Positions 40,501-54,400 of a DNA stretch of 64,000 bases are shown one piece after another. Below the pieces are notes generated by a model. That model was given only the letters and a program-made list of their open reading frames with translations. It was not told the origin of the DNA and searched no databases. Where the stretch lies: NCBI GenBank assembly GCA_002633005.1, contig NMRA01000426.1, positions 333,254 to 397,253 of the forward strand. Direction: 5' to 3'. Positions within the stretch are counted from its first letter, which is position 1. Each line of letters begins with the position of its first letter. Both the position numbers and the translations under genes were made by a program. Origin of the DNA: Phoronis australis (taxonomy: Eukaryota > Animalia > Phoronida).

Positions 40501-40790
40501 AAAGATACTGTGAATGGTTTAAGAGATACAGGCATAGGCACAAAAAAACAAAACTGCCACTAGGAAGCACCAAAGTAGTCAAAGTCGTCGGAAAATCATC
40601 ATCAGCCGTCCACTTCATAGTAAAAACACACATGCCAATTTTCACAATCATCCTTTGAGTGATTCAGTTGATAGAGGGGTGGACGCAAAAACAGACTCGA
40701 AAATAGTAAAAATGGCCACTAGGTGGCGCAAACTACAACGAATCCATCCGAAAACGGGAGGATAGCGTTATCTCACTATCAGGTGCCCAC
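37540..40790. repeat. Complex interspersed repeat with ~410-450-bp diverged units and a ~600-bp duplication
   Basis: aaaatggccactag-like motif at about 39405, 39814, 40254 and 40708. 37790-38400 resembles 38730-39320. Related reverse-strand sequence at about 57180-57900. Confidence 0.7.
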
Positions 40791-41704
40791 TCAAAACAGC
40801 TTTGTGGTAACCCATCTGCCCAATCTCATTAAGGGGTTTATAGCATCTATGTAGTCAGATAGACAATCTATCAAACCCATTGTAAGATGTCATACAGACA
40901 AATATAAGTTGTGATGCCAAACTGATGCATAAAATGACATGTTCTCTAAACAGAGTCAGTACAGATTTATGGTCACTTAATAGTAGCAAAACATTCCCAT
41001 AATACCTAACTCACAATCACCAAATAGCCATAATATTGACTGTTGTATGACATGAGTCATTACAATCAGTGTCTGAACCATGACCACAAAATGACCAGCA
41101 CGTGTTCTGTAGAGTATACATGCTCACGTCCTGTGAGTATCAAACTTTACGAAAAATTCATCTTGAAAACTGACCAATTATGAGTCAGGCCTTGAGCGAC
41201 CTTTCCACTCCCACCATGATTGGTTGCTTTTGAAGTCAAGTCTCGAGTTAAGTTCGGTCATCACTGGCTCAAGACTAAGGTAAAATCTCGTATGTTTTTT
41301 GCATTGGCAGATGGTATCAAATTGATCCTTCACCATATCTAAGTTAGCTGAATAAAAACGCTAAAATTCAGATTGACCCATTTTTTCATGTCATGCATCG
41401 AGATAAATCATAATCTTGTTGTACATAGGTCTTTGAACAGTTTAACAATAATCACAGATCAGACACTTTTTGGACTACATATACATATAACAAGACATGT
41501 GCACGACTAGACGCAAAAAATAGTGCACGACTAGTCACAAGATATACACATACAGTGTATAACTAGTCGCAGATATACACAAGTAGTACACAACTTCACC
41601 AGGCACTTATTTTCTAATTAAAACAGTATTCTATGCCTTGGACAGTCTTTGATGCTGTAACAGTGCATGCTTTAAGCATTCCATTGGGTGGATGAAAAGC
41701 TTAC

Positions 41705-41759
41705 CTAAAGGACGGTCTAAAAGAATAAACCAGAGAATTAATGTAAGCAGCCAGTCCAT
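41705..41759 (-). CDS. CUB-sushi-TM receptor, coding exon 1 (signal peptide MDWLLTLILWFILLDRPL); the exon starts at 41820
   Basis: Acceptor ttgtttcag| at 41821, ATG at 41759 with an in-frame TGA upstream, hydrophobic peptide, donor G|GTAAGC (phase 1) matching the next exon. Confidence 0.75.
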
Positions 41760-41809
41760 CAACTAGAGCATGCGTCAGGGGAAGTCAGCAGTCTCTTCAC
41801 CAACACCAT
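41759..41809 (-). promoter_or_regulatory. uORF (MVLVKRLLTSPDACSS*) whose TGA overlaps the main ATG
   Basis: ATG at 41809, 16 codons, then TGATG at 41761-41757, in the same exon as the predicted start. Confidence 0.6.
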
Positions 41810-44800
41810 GAGTCAGAGATCTGAAACAATACAAAGGCATGAATACCATGTATCCGCCATGTCAAGCTGGGTGTGAATTTGCTCTTGCAGTGGAGACTTC
41901 AACATTTTACCTCTAGGTGCAGTCCACCAAGTGGTCATGAGAGGTCCATCAGCAAGCGGTGATCATTTTTACGCCATGGAAATATTCCCACTAAGTTACA
42001 TAATAGGGAAGGAAAATCAATGTTTCATCATAAACCCGATATCAAGGCCAAATAACGTAGTACAGTATGGCTGATCATGTTGTACCAACTCAATTAAAAA
42101 AGTAACTTGATGACGGTCATGATACTCCAACACTGCTCACACTTCTCAGACTGCTGCGGTGATGGAAAGTTGAAATATGGGTAGTATCAACAAGAAATAG
42201 CATGATAACTAGTAGTCAATGTCTCCAGTCAGAAGATGATTGATGCAAATAGCCTGATACAGGGGAGGGCACACAAGTGTCTGGTCAGTGCATCTGCCTG
42301 TCTGTTGACCAACACATTACATAACAGAAGGCAGCTGAGAACAATCAAACATCACTTATCTACTCTGCAATTCACTAATTACTTGGCCATCACCAACATC
42401 AACTAGTGCTTTATCAACAAGTCTGCTTTCAACCAGATATGTCCAAACTATACAATCAACTTCATACAAGGCTGCCGTTAATTACGTCATGTGACCACGT
42501 CTTTTTAACAAAATTTAGCAAAAAACAGGTACAAAGTTCAATGGTGTCAATAGCATAACCAAATTTTGTTTAAGAATCTTTAAAAAGAAATCTCAAAACA
42601 CTGTTACAGTGTAAGTTTCAACCTTCTTCACCGCAGCAATTTAATGTCCCACAATGCTTCATTATCGAGTGCACTCAAGAAATGCCGACATCTTATTTCA
42701 AACTAAGTAAGAGGATTACAGCAGTCACCCAGATGTTCTGATGAATGTGGGACAGAGGATGAGGCAAGTGTTGACCGCATATTTTAATTTCAAAGAATGA
42801 TCGATGCTATCATATTCCTTTTTCACACGACAAAAAAAATAAAATATCCCATTTACAAACTGGCTAAAATGATGGCATTTTCACAAGCACTTCTGCCAGT
42901 AGCAAACATGCTAGTAATGTCAAGTAATGTCACCGGTTGCAAATGTAACTTTTGCTGGCACATTAGAGTTGGTTTGAGTTACACCAACACCAACACTGCT
43001 ATGTTTTCAGAGGCACTTTTGCAGCCAAACTGCTTTTAATCACAGATAAGAAGTCTTTGTTCTATTGTGGTAGAGAGTGAACCTACTTTTACATCAATTT
43101 TCACAAAAAGTGACTCATGAGGTGAGGAAGCAAACTTAAACTGCCGACAAAAATGACTCATTGGCACGACGACTCGTTTGTTAGGCTAAAACCAAAGCAT
43201 TTTCGCTATTTAGGTAGCGTTTTAGCCAGAAAAAACAGCAAGGGTTTTCGACAGTCGGGAGAACCCAGTATAAAACTTCACACGTCACAATCGTAACTCT
43301 GTTATCACCAGAGGACAATTATTAGCGCCGTCAACCGAGGTCAATTATTAAGTGTGATAGTTCACTCTGCTAGATTCATAAACTGAGTTGGAAATTAGTC
43401 ACATCAGCCAGTATATTGCACAACAACAAACACTTTCAGCAATACGTTTCACAGTCAAATTTCCGCATGTGTCATCTAAGACATCATGACTACATGGTAT
43501 AGACACAGTACAGGTGATGAGTTACAAACTGTAAGAATCAGACTGGTATATTCCCTGGCTACATTACAAGACTTTTTATCATTTTTCCTATCGTCGGAAG
43601 ATATTTGAAGGCAAACTCCAAAAGTAAAGTACCTTCCAGTTAGGAGTATTCCGAACACAAATGTTTCCACACTTTTGCATACTACGCAGCAATACTGAGT
43701 GTTGCCACTTGTTTGAATACTTACACTTAATTTTTTTAATGTTTCAACATATCTGTTTCTTTGCACAAGATACTTGTGCATTATTAGAATTGAGATGCGA
43801 ATCATTGAAACCGAGGTATTTACATATTACTGAAATTGACACACGTACACAAAACCAGATAGGATGGCACTGATGTTAACGACTCATGACACAAAATTAT
43901 CCACTGAGACTCTCTTTTCACAATAACTATACTGTACTTATGGTAAACTGCATTTGAAACAAGATGACTAACTTGCCATACAAGTACAATTCAAAACTAA
44001 ACAACCAAAACTTTAAAAGAACTGTTCAACTATCTGAATTACCAAGCATCTCCCCTGACCATAGCCAGACTCCATGCAGATTGTTCACATATCAACATCA
44101 GAATTACCAAGCATCTCCCTTGAACATAGCCAGACTCCATGCAGATTGTTCACATAATGGGTAAATAATGACCACACACCCACCATGAAGCATACGCCAG
44201 TATCCACTCATTTCACTACCTTCTAACTAGGTCTCTCACCTGTCTCTATCCAGGTGTATCAGGCCAGGTAATCACGTGACCTCATCAGGCTACCTTAACC
44301 ATCAATCAGCCAAGGTGAGAAAGCCGGTGTAGACAAGAAATAGGAGTAATGGGAAATAAATGAGAGGTTTTTAGGTAATGTTACACAAGCTTCCAAATTG
44401 CACCTCCATTTCATGTCAGTCTAGCAGCTGATTGACAACTGTATGCACACAAGCAGTGTGTTCCCTAAGGACAGCATATGAACAATGAACGTCTCTAGAG
44501 CACCTTGTAAAAAGACCGACATGTTGAATGCATTAGGCCCGTGGCGAGTTACAGAGAAACTCGTTTAACTCGTATAAGGTTCCATAGCAAATCTAGTTTT
44601 AAACTCATGGTCCCTCCAGATCTTACTTGGTTAAAAGTCGTAGTTCAGTTCAGTTGATCTCCAACTGGAGTGAGTATTAGAATGATTATGCATTGACCGG
44701 AGTCCTTGAGATGAGTCAGAGAAACCTGGTATAAAGATTTGGAAGCCAAAAGGCACCGGGTGAGAACATAAGAGCTAGTAGAAACCACATTGACAATATC

Positions 44801-45376
44801 TGCAGTATTGACAATAAAAGCTCACTAATTACGGTAAAAATTCTCTAGTTTAGAAAAATTAATTATTTTCCCAAAGGTCCGAGCTTGTACCAAATTCTAG
44901 AAAATAAGCAATATTGGTTGTACCAAAGCCACTGTTTGCAATATTGGTCGTCACAAAGTCACTGTTTGCAATACTGGTCGTCACAAAGTCACTGTTTGCA
45001 ATAGATCTCCATGATAGCAACTAACAGCATATGTTAATAAAAACAACAATGGATTAAAAACGGCTTGACATGTTTCGGCATTTATTAAAACACCATCCTC
45101 AGAAGAAAAAACAGTGGCCACCTTGTTAGGCCCAACAACAAGTAATGATACACAGACACAGTCAGTTACAAGGAGTAACAATAGACTAGACTAACAATGA
45201 CAACCTGTGGTGTGACAGTTGCCTATTGAGACTGGGCTTGCAGTTTGCACCAATTGACGTGTAGAGTCTTATGAATTTGCAGCTCCCTTGTTTTTGCTTG
45301 TTGTATTACAGCAAAGTTATTGAAAGAGCAAATTGCAAATGATTCTTCACCTGGATGTTACACACTATAGCGATGC

Positions 45377-45581
45377 ATGAATACCTTGCACTTGCAGCCT
45401 CATTTTCAACCACTTTATGAATACCTTGCACTTGCACCCTCATTTTCAATTACTTTATGAATACCTTGCACTTGCACCCTCATTTTCAACCACTTTATGA
45501 ATACCTTGCACTTGCAGCCTCATTTTCAACCACTTTATGAATACCTTGCACTTGCACCCTCATTTTCAACCACTTTATGAA
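45377..45581. repeat. 40-bp repeat, five copies
   Basis: Unit atgaataccttgcacttgcaccctcattttcaaccacttt. Confidence 0.95.
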
Positions 45582-46111
45582 CTGCCAAGTATATTTTCAC
45601 AACGCCACAAGTACCCATCTCCCAATCTTTAGAATAAAAAAATTAATTCATCTTGAATTTCTGCGTTCCAAATTTTAGAGGATGACCTAAACTGAATAAT
45701 TTTTAAAGTATAATTTTTTAAAGTAAAGCTCAAATTGTCAATATTGTCAATATCCTGTTTTTAAGGCTTTCAAGTTTCTTCTAACGTAGCTGTGGTACAT
45801 AATGTACACAGAGAAATGTTGCTGCTTTGGAAAATATGGAAAACTAAAATTTCATGAAGAGATCAAGTGACTGGTATAACCAGTGAATAGAGAGAATGTT
45901 TTTTTGCTCACGAGACTCATAACTTGAATACATGTGACATAACATGTGATAAGAAGGTAAAGTACCATAGTGATCATAGTTGCCTCACACATTTGTAAAC
46001 ACACAGACAACCATTTCCTGATTGACAGTTTGGTACATAAAAGAACTTAACCCTACATTGTTCATCTTGTGTGGGTCAGCTAACTAGTTATGAGCAGTGA
46101 TGGATAGACTG

Positions 46112-46855
46112 TAGCCTTATGGTACAAAGCTGTATACTAAATATACAGCTTTGTACCGATGTGGGTAAAAAAGTGGTAAGATAAAATCTGACACAAAATT
46201 AGTATCATTAAAAACTACAGTCTTCCTTGAGTAAACTGAATTATTTAACGGTGCTGGAAAAATGGCGTTCTACCGTTATTCTGCTGCTAAAGTTGTGGAG
46301 CGATCTTCTGCGTCGGCTTTTGGCGCCATGAAATATTGCGTCACCTATTGGCCAGTTTCTTTTTTCGACGATTCTTCAATCAACTGTTGTTTTTTCAGAA
46401 GGTTGCGTACACGGCACAACAAATTATTGGAACTAGTTTTACTTCATTATGAGTTTTTAGAATATGGATACCAAAAAACGAATTTCAGAACAAATTTTGC
46501 TGCTGTGAAGTTGTCGCAAAAATTTAGGAAATGGCGCGTGCGCGTGACACGAGTGTACTGTTTTCAAAATGACAACATACTTTTCATTGTTACAAAAGGT
46601 CGAGAATGACGCAAGAAAATGACGTTTGTTGCATTGTTTTTCACTTAAACGGTTTAACGGGCAAGGTGAGTGTTGTTTGATTCCCAAATTTTGCGTGCAC
46701 CCCGTCCGGTCTTTAGTTCTACATGTTGATACAAGTTTCACAGCGAGGTGACGACCAGAACTACCCGGGCTGTGCCGGGGTCTACGGAAGAAATACACAC
46801 AGTGGTACCTAGCTGTATTTTGTCTTTTGTCTTTATACAGCTAGCTGGCTGGCTA
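46112..46855 (+). mobile_element. Hairpin-ended dispersed repeat family A, best-preserved copy
   Basis: TAGCC...GGCTA ends, perfect 16-bp hairpin at 46121-46157. Homologous copies at 48887-49620 (inverted) and about 33880-34552. Confidence 0.8.
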
Positions 46856-48369
46856 GTAGTGTAGTTTAGGTACCTTGATGTTGATGCACACACATGTGAA
46901 CTACTGGTTCTCATAGAAAGTACAACAGAAGAAAGGCATCTCTAAATCCATTGACAGTTTGCAATTGCTTGTTAGCAAAATGGTTTGGGAACATGACTTG
47001 AATGCCAGCAGCTCGGGTTCAACAGCAGCTCTGAACAGACTGGTAGATGTTTTGTCTACAATGGTGCCACATGAAAAAATAAGCATGGCTGGAATATGCA
47101 TGCACGGGAGTCTAGAGGCAGAAAAGGGAGACAGGTCCATCTCTTAAACTAACCCTAAAAAAACACAAATCCTCTGCTTTGAAATAAGTGAAACGAAAAT
47201 TGTGTATTTCTAGTTCTGGGTGTGAGTTACAGTCAAATAAAGACTTCTCTTACGTGCTTCCCAAGAGGCAATTGCTACTAAGCCAATCAGTTTGGTTGCT
47301 CAACTCATCGTACGTGGCCTTGCATGCCAGCTGTAGGGGTTCTATACCAGTCATGGACAGGATTTTTATACACATATAATGACATGCCCGTATCTGTGTA
47401 CAAGTGTACCATACTTGCCAAAATTTCATTTGAAACCACAGAGTAGTACCCATCAGGACTATTCCTACAGTCTGTCGCCTCCAATTTTACCAGTCATCCC
47501 TAGAATTTCCTAAATACCTTAGTAACTGCCTCATCAAATCAATCCTCAACCAATAATCAAAACCGGAACCAGCCACATACCTGCATAAAGCGACTTACAG
47601 GAATCAACATTGTTGTTTTGCCAATTACCAAAAAGCTTTCCCTTTCCCTGTCATTCCAAAACAAGGATCACATGCTGTGAACACTGTACAACCAACCACA
47701 GGTCAACTAGATACAACTCAGCAATTGTAACAACATTATGTCATACCGGTAATTACATTCAACTGTTCATGTCAGTTCACATTTGTGAGTGAACTGGGCT
47801 CAGTGAGCTTTAGGGACAAAATATGCCTCACACTGTTTAAACCATTTATAAAGAGTTCCTACCATGCATTTTCTGAAGTTTCAGTTTGCTAAAATGATAT
47901 GAATACCATAAAATCTAACTAAATAAGCTTTTGTTATGCCAAATAGTCACAATTTTTAGTTTTGAAGTAAATAAGTTATTTCCAAGTTTCCCGCCAAATG
48001 ATGTAATGGGTGGAAGTCACTTGACAATCAATTGCAATGGCGGAACACAGCAGATCAGAAGACGAGGACGATTTTGAGCAAGAACTGGAAAATTATCACG
48101 CAGAGAGGAGAGTGGATACCGGCATCACACTCAAGAAAAAAAAGAATCAGACAACGAATTTGATTTCCCACTTAGCAAACTTTTGTCGGCTTTGAGGCCG
48201 TATGATCTTGATTCACTTGTGCGAGAAATCCGTGCATAGCTCACATAGCTGCATTGGTTCAGTTCACTTGCACTTGGTCATATAAACAGCCCCTACTATG
48301 GACAAGGTTTGTAAACCACGGCGAGAACACTGAGACAAATGAATTGTGATCAATACTTACATAAGGAGT

Positions 48370-48810
48370 TTGTGTAAAAAACAATCGTTCGACCCACCTT
48401 AGAATACGCCTCTACTGTTTGGGACCTTTATACCCACAAAGGCTGTGGAGAAGGTACAGAGGAGAGCTGCTCGTTGAGTCACGAGACGTTTCAATCGCCT
48501 ATCTTCTGTTGGGTCAATGTTGAACACCTTAAATTGGCCCGCCTTCAGCCACAGATGCAAAATCTGCAGGCTAAAAATGTTTTACAAGTTCGATAAAAAG
48601 TCGATGATCATCAACTCTGATGTTACCCTTGTCACAGATTCTGCTCTCTCTGGCATCCATACCAGAAGGTCGTCTAATTATAACATTCCAATAAAATAGG
48701 ACAGATTACAGGAAAAATACATTCTTTCCTAGAACAGTCGCGGAAAGGAATAGCTTGCGTGGCTACGTTACATCAGCCCCATTTCTTGACATCTTTGTTA
48801 CCAAGCTACC
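48370..48810 (+). mobile_element. CR1/L2-type LINE 3' fragment
   Basis: IVRPTLEYASTVWD, EKVQRRAAR, MLNTLNWP, RLKMFYK and TFFPRTV..NSL motifs. Confidence 0.85.
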
Positions 48811-48886
48811 TGCCTTCCTGAAGTAGCACAGTCGGGTGACTCCATCTAGAGCACCTGCTTGCAGTCTGCCCTACTTGGGAATGACC

Positions 48887-49620
48887 TGGCCAGCCAGCTA
48901 GCTGTATGAAGACTATCGTCAAAATACAGCTAGGTACCACTGAGTGTTGCGCTTCGACAGACCTCGAAATTGCGCACAGCCCAGATAGTTGTGCTCGTCG
49001 CCTTGTCATGAAACTTGTATCAAGATGTAGAGCTAAAGACCGTCGGAGGTGCACGCATAATTTGAGAATCAACCGACACTCACCTTGACTATTACAGCTT
49101 TTTAATAAACAACAATCTAATAAGCGTCATTTTCTTGCATAATTCTCCGCCTTTAGTAACAAAGGAAGAGTTTGTCATCGTTTTAAAAACAATTCACTTG
49201 TCACACATGCTCGCAGCATTTCTTAAATTCTTTGCGACATCACTTCGGAGACGATGACAGCCTAGCAGCAGCAAAGTTTATTCTGAAATTTGGTTTGCCA
49301 TAATTAAAATTCTAAAAACTTGTAATAAAGCGACATCAGTTCTGATAATTTGTAGTGACACGTACGCAACCTCGTGAAAGAACAACGGTTGATTGAAGAA
49401 TCAGCGAAAAAAGAAACTGAAAAATGGGTGATGCAATATATCTTGGCACCAAAAGTCGACGCAAAAGATTGCACCACAATTTTAGCAGCAACATAATGGT
49501 AAAACGCTAATTTACTCAAGAGTGTAGATTTAATGAAACTAATTTTGTGTCAGTTTTTATCTGGTCACTTTTTTACCCATACATATCTACCAGTACTAAT
49601 ACAGCTTTGCACCAAGGCTA
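48887..49620 (-). mobile_element. Family A repeat, inverted copy
   Basis: Reverse-complement match to 46112-46855, e.g. cagccagctagctgtat, cagctaggtaccact, acagctttgcaccaaggcta. Confidence 0.8.
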
Positions 49621-49639
49621 TGAACGACAATGACCCTTG

Positions 49640-51150
49640 CCTCTGATGGCGCAACCAGTAGAGATGACGGAGCTCCTATAAGAGCTTCATACGCCGGAAG
49701 CTTTTCAATGAATTAGGCCGTCCGGCCACTGATTTTGAGTTTTCACCTCGTCAAAAATATATTCCACACTTAAAAAAGTGCTTACTTTCTTCATACGGAA
49801 ATTGCCAGTTTGTCGCGTAAAGTCACGATGTCGATAACGCCGTCCATCCGTATAATTCATCGGTAATTTCCGTACCGTCCTTGACATCGACCCGTCCAAG
49901 ATGGACGTGTGTTTTGGCTTTTTGTGAACATTTTTGTTCTTTGACTGCGAATTTCTTACGAAGTCGCTGGAACAGGACGCTGTGAATGGTATTGGAAGAA
50001 CAATTGCCAATTGTTTGTTGAAACCTTGTTTTGTGTAAATTTATTGAGTTTTATGTTAGCTATGGAGGGCTGAAGTGAAGCACCCGTGGAATTTCTAGTC
50101 GGGAGTGTCATACCTTGTAGTATTATATGTAGTGTATTGAGGACGATCAGAAGCTGAGGACGCCTGTGTGCCAAGTCACTGTCTAGCTCAGCTAAGGCTG
50201 AGGCCGAGCCAGGCTCATCCGTTCAGCAGGCGTTCGTAAGCAGTCGTCAACTACACGACTAGCTGTATTTCTATGCTAGAATTTTGGGAGCATAAGTTGG
50301 AATCAGTAACTGCAGTAAAAACGGACAGTTGATACCATTAGCTACTAACCTGGAAGAGGTACAAATTCAGGTGAAAACAGGTACAAGTACGCCGCTGATT
50401 TCTTTAAGATGGAAGACACTTCCGGCCAATCTTTGGACCGTATCGATTACTATTGCCCCCTGACGGCAGTACCCAACAAGTGAGGACTAAAGAACATTTT
50501 ACGTTGGTGTGGAGAGTGGAAATAACAAAACAAAATTTAACACAAGTGTTAGTTACCGATATAATAAACATTAAAGAAATGTTATCTGAGGACACACATA
50601 GAAAGATATAAACAAAACAACTTGCATAAATACTCAAACAAACGTATGAACACTCGGCACTGAGTGGTTAGTCGCGTACAAATATATTACATGAAAACGG
50701 TTCCAATTTTTGCTCTCATAGTCGCTCCACAGAGATCATTACAAACAAATAAAATTACCTTTAAAAGAGTGATTGTTGCAGGCATGAGATTTAACGCAAA
50801 CCATGATGCAACGCGTGGTCGCAATTCAGTTGCATCTGCGTTAGACCGTCGTTGAGTGTTTTGTAACGAAGACCGACGACGTCGGCAAAGAAGTTGCAAA
50901 TCGAGGTTAACCGATGGTGCGGCATTGGCGTCAATATTTTGTCCGGTCCGTCGTCGCATAAAGGTCGCATAATTATGTCACAAGTGTGAAACGTATGGTT
51001 TTGCATGGTTTTCTACATGGATTTAAAAATATCTCAAAAATGACTCCAAGGTAAAAAGTTGTGACCCTTAAATCAGCTAGGTTACTACGCGGGTTGGTAA
51101 GAAAAGTTTGCGCCTATTGTCTTCGTGCGCGTAGCTCACACCTTTTCTTT
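49640..51150 (-). promoter_or_regulatory. CpG-rich region, candidate promoter and non-coding first exon of the receptor gene
   Basis: Visibly more CpG than the introns, and a minus-strand donor AAA|GTAAGC at 49786/49785. The coding exon has an acceptor, so an upstream exon must exist. This assignment is inference. Confidence 0.3.
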
Positions 51151-51404
51151 GTAGGTGATGTAGATCTACCAGTCTGGTCACGGATTGGTAGAAGGCGACT
51201 TTCATTGTTTTGTAAATGAATTTTCACAACTCAGTACGCAGAAGTCCAGTTTTTTTATTCCACCCATCAAAATCCATGTTAAAACGATAACCCAATTAAT
51301 TATTCTTGAAGGCTGATATTTAATACATTATTTCCTACTATTGTATGATTTGAACGGGGGTTATGGAGTTATATGGCTCCCTATAAAATGTAGACAATTC
51401 GTTT

Positions 51405-54400
51405 CAGGCCCGTAGGAAGGAAAACATTATTGGGGGGGGGGGGNCACTTGCTATCACCACCTCCTCCCCCCGTTCTCTGTATGTCACCATATTTGTACCG
51501 AAGCCCCCCCCCACGTCAGCCATAGGTGGAGGTAATACCGCGGCTGCAGCCATCAGGATTTGAATGACCGTGAACCAACAGTTTTCCGGAGATTAAGAAT
51601 GGGTCTAGGACCACAGCGCACTGACATGTACCTGGGAGCTCAGTGCCTGAAGTAACTATAGCTGGGTTCCAACAGGGGATTCGTACCTATTCCTCTGCTC
51701 TGGGTTGAAGGTCAAGGTTTATTTTATTATGATCCAGTTTCGGGGAAAACCTCATTTTATTATGGCCATTCTTCGAGGTATTTTTGGAAAGGTGAGGTCC
51801 CTAGTATGAGTGCCTTTGTGGCCGTTTCAGAATCCCGTTAATCCAGTTTCTGGTTGCTGGGGGAAATGATACAGAATGTGTCCCAAAATGTACACATTTC
51901 AACGTCTGGAGTTCAAATTCAGTTCCCGTGAGTCACTGAGATTCTACGCAGGTCTACTGCATGGTTACACCTTATTTTTAACTTGGGTGTACCAGTCATG
52001 ACGTGCTTCGTGCATGCGCGCACCCGGGGGGGGGGCTTGGGGGGCTCGTTCATTTAGAAAAGTGGGCAAAAGGTCCGATTCAAAGAAACACAAAGTCCGA
52101 GAAAAACAAGACAAAAGTCCTCTAAAAAGACAGGAATTCGGCATATGCAGGGTTCATAGCCCTGGACGAGCCCCGTATTCCGTTTTTTTTTTCTTTAGTA
52201 AAAAGTCCACATCCTCTATATTTTAGGCTGTGTGCGCGCATGCCGTGTGTGTAGTATGCACGGGAAATGCAAGCAAACGATTCAGTTTTGAAGAACAAAA
52301 ATTCATTGCGCAATACTACTGGAAACTAAAAACATCAAGGAAGTGCAAAGAGAACATTTCCAATTTGATGATCAATGAGTTACAGTAGATTTTATTTGTT
52401 TAAGTACTTAAACTTCTATGGTTTGTAAACTTAAACCCAGTAATCTAGTTCCTAAGCCAATAACCAATTTATTGTCGTTTGAATTGTGAGAACATTTTGG
52501 GACACTTTGTAGATGTGTTCGAAATTCATCAATTTCCTTGAGACTTATTTCAGATAGACAAAAATCGTTTAGTGTACTTTTATATTTGGGATCTGATGAT
52601 AGATCGAATTTTCCCAATTTCGGACTGCAACTAAGTTCATTGAAGCATTGTCATTTCTTACAGATTAGCTTCTAATTGTCAAAAAAGCCATCTCTCAATC
52701 AATCCATTTTCATGGATACACAAACATGTAAGTCAGAAACCAATAATCAAATCCTTGATTTAATGACTTAATTAATTCCTTTTTGATCCTCTGTTAGTGA
52801 GTTTAAACAGCAAATCTTGTAGCGAAGTCAAAAAGCAATTCATTTATTGCCATTTGAATCGTGAGTAAATTTTTGGGAAGTATCCAAATTTCATCAATGT
52901 CTTCGAGAATTATTTTAGATAGGCAAAACGCCGTCCAAGTGCACTTTCCTATTTGGGGATCGGATTATAAAGTTTTTTTTCCGTATTCAGGCTTCAAGTC
53001 AATTCCCGAAATCGTCATCATTTCTTAAAAGATTAGCTTGTAATTTCCAAAAAATCAGCTATTAACCTGTTGGTTTTCGTAGATACATAACCACGTAAAT
53101 CAGAAACCAACGAATTTGTTGATCGAAACGGAATATTGTTGTAAGCCGTGATTTTCCGCAGGCATGACGGGTAACCGGGGAAATGGGAGATTGGGCATTC
53201 ATAGTAAGGTGTATTTTTGGTCATTTCCGAGGTACCTATAACGGTTCACGAGTTGAACGTGACCTCAAAAAAGTTGAAATATTTGATTATTATTGCCAGT
53301 ATTTAATTAGTTTAATTTGGTTACGTTGTTCCAACCATAGACTACAAGTGGAAGTGAGTAGACACGAGAAAGTGGAATATTAAAATAGATTATGTTTGAT
53401 TTGCAATGATGGCCTTGTAGAGGATGAATACCACTTCCCATGTATTTGCAAGAGATATTGTGAACTTAATAAAGGTCACGTTTTATGAAGGAAGTTCAAT
53501 GGAAGCATCCAACTCAAGAATCCTGTATACGTGTGCCAGCTAATCTAGATATATCTGTTGTTAAATATGTGTATTCTGCCCTTAAAAGACGAGAATAACT
53601 TTTAAATGGGTTGACTGCGTGTGAAAATGTGCCTGTTTATTTTTTTGCTCATTGTAATTTGGGCCCGTCTTTAATACAAATAAACATATATGTGTATTTG
53701 GGTACACTCGTTCGACATGTAGACGGTCACTCCAATCGTAGCCTCGACGGCAGCGTTTTCCACATGTGAGAATTCATTACAAACAATCCATAATAACCAT
53801 TATCAAAAGAGATACTATTCTTGTGATACTATGGGAAACAGTAACATTATTCTATAACTAACCATCGAAAATAGTCCTTTTGTGTAATTAACAAATAGCT
53901 GTCTTCACGATCTTCAAAATTCTACCCTTTCGATGGCGGTCAATCCTACTGTATTTTTTCACATTTTTAGTTGTTTGAGTCGAATGTCTGGATACTACGC
54001 TTTGCACAAATGTTTTGTGTTTTTTATGAATTTGGAATCTCAATTTCCCTCGTGAATACTTGGCAGTGTCATTTCCCCGAACTGCTCCACCGAGAGAGGG
54101 TCCCGTCTGAAATGGGACACCCTAATTATGAAAGGCTAAGCATAATTAAGCTTGAAAAAGAGTGACAGTTCATTCCACCGTCGTGTGGTCACAAGACAGT
54201 GCACTAGGAAGTGACCTTCCTCAACATGAAAGTCGGTTGCACGAGTTCAGGAAAAACAGGAGACTAGACGTAATCGAGTCCAACTTTGGGTCTTCTCTCC
54301 GTGAGTGAACTCTTACGAATTTGTTAATAAAAACATAAAAGGTGGCCACTTGAATGTCATCAATGGCCTCCTCCAAGGGTGGGCCCCCTCAATATGAACA

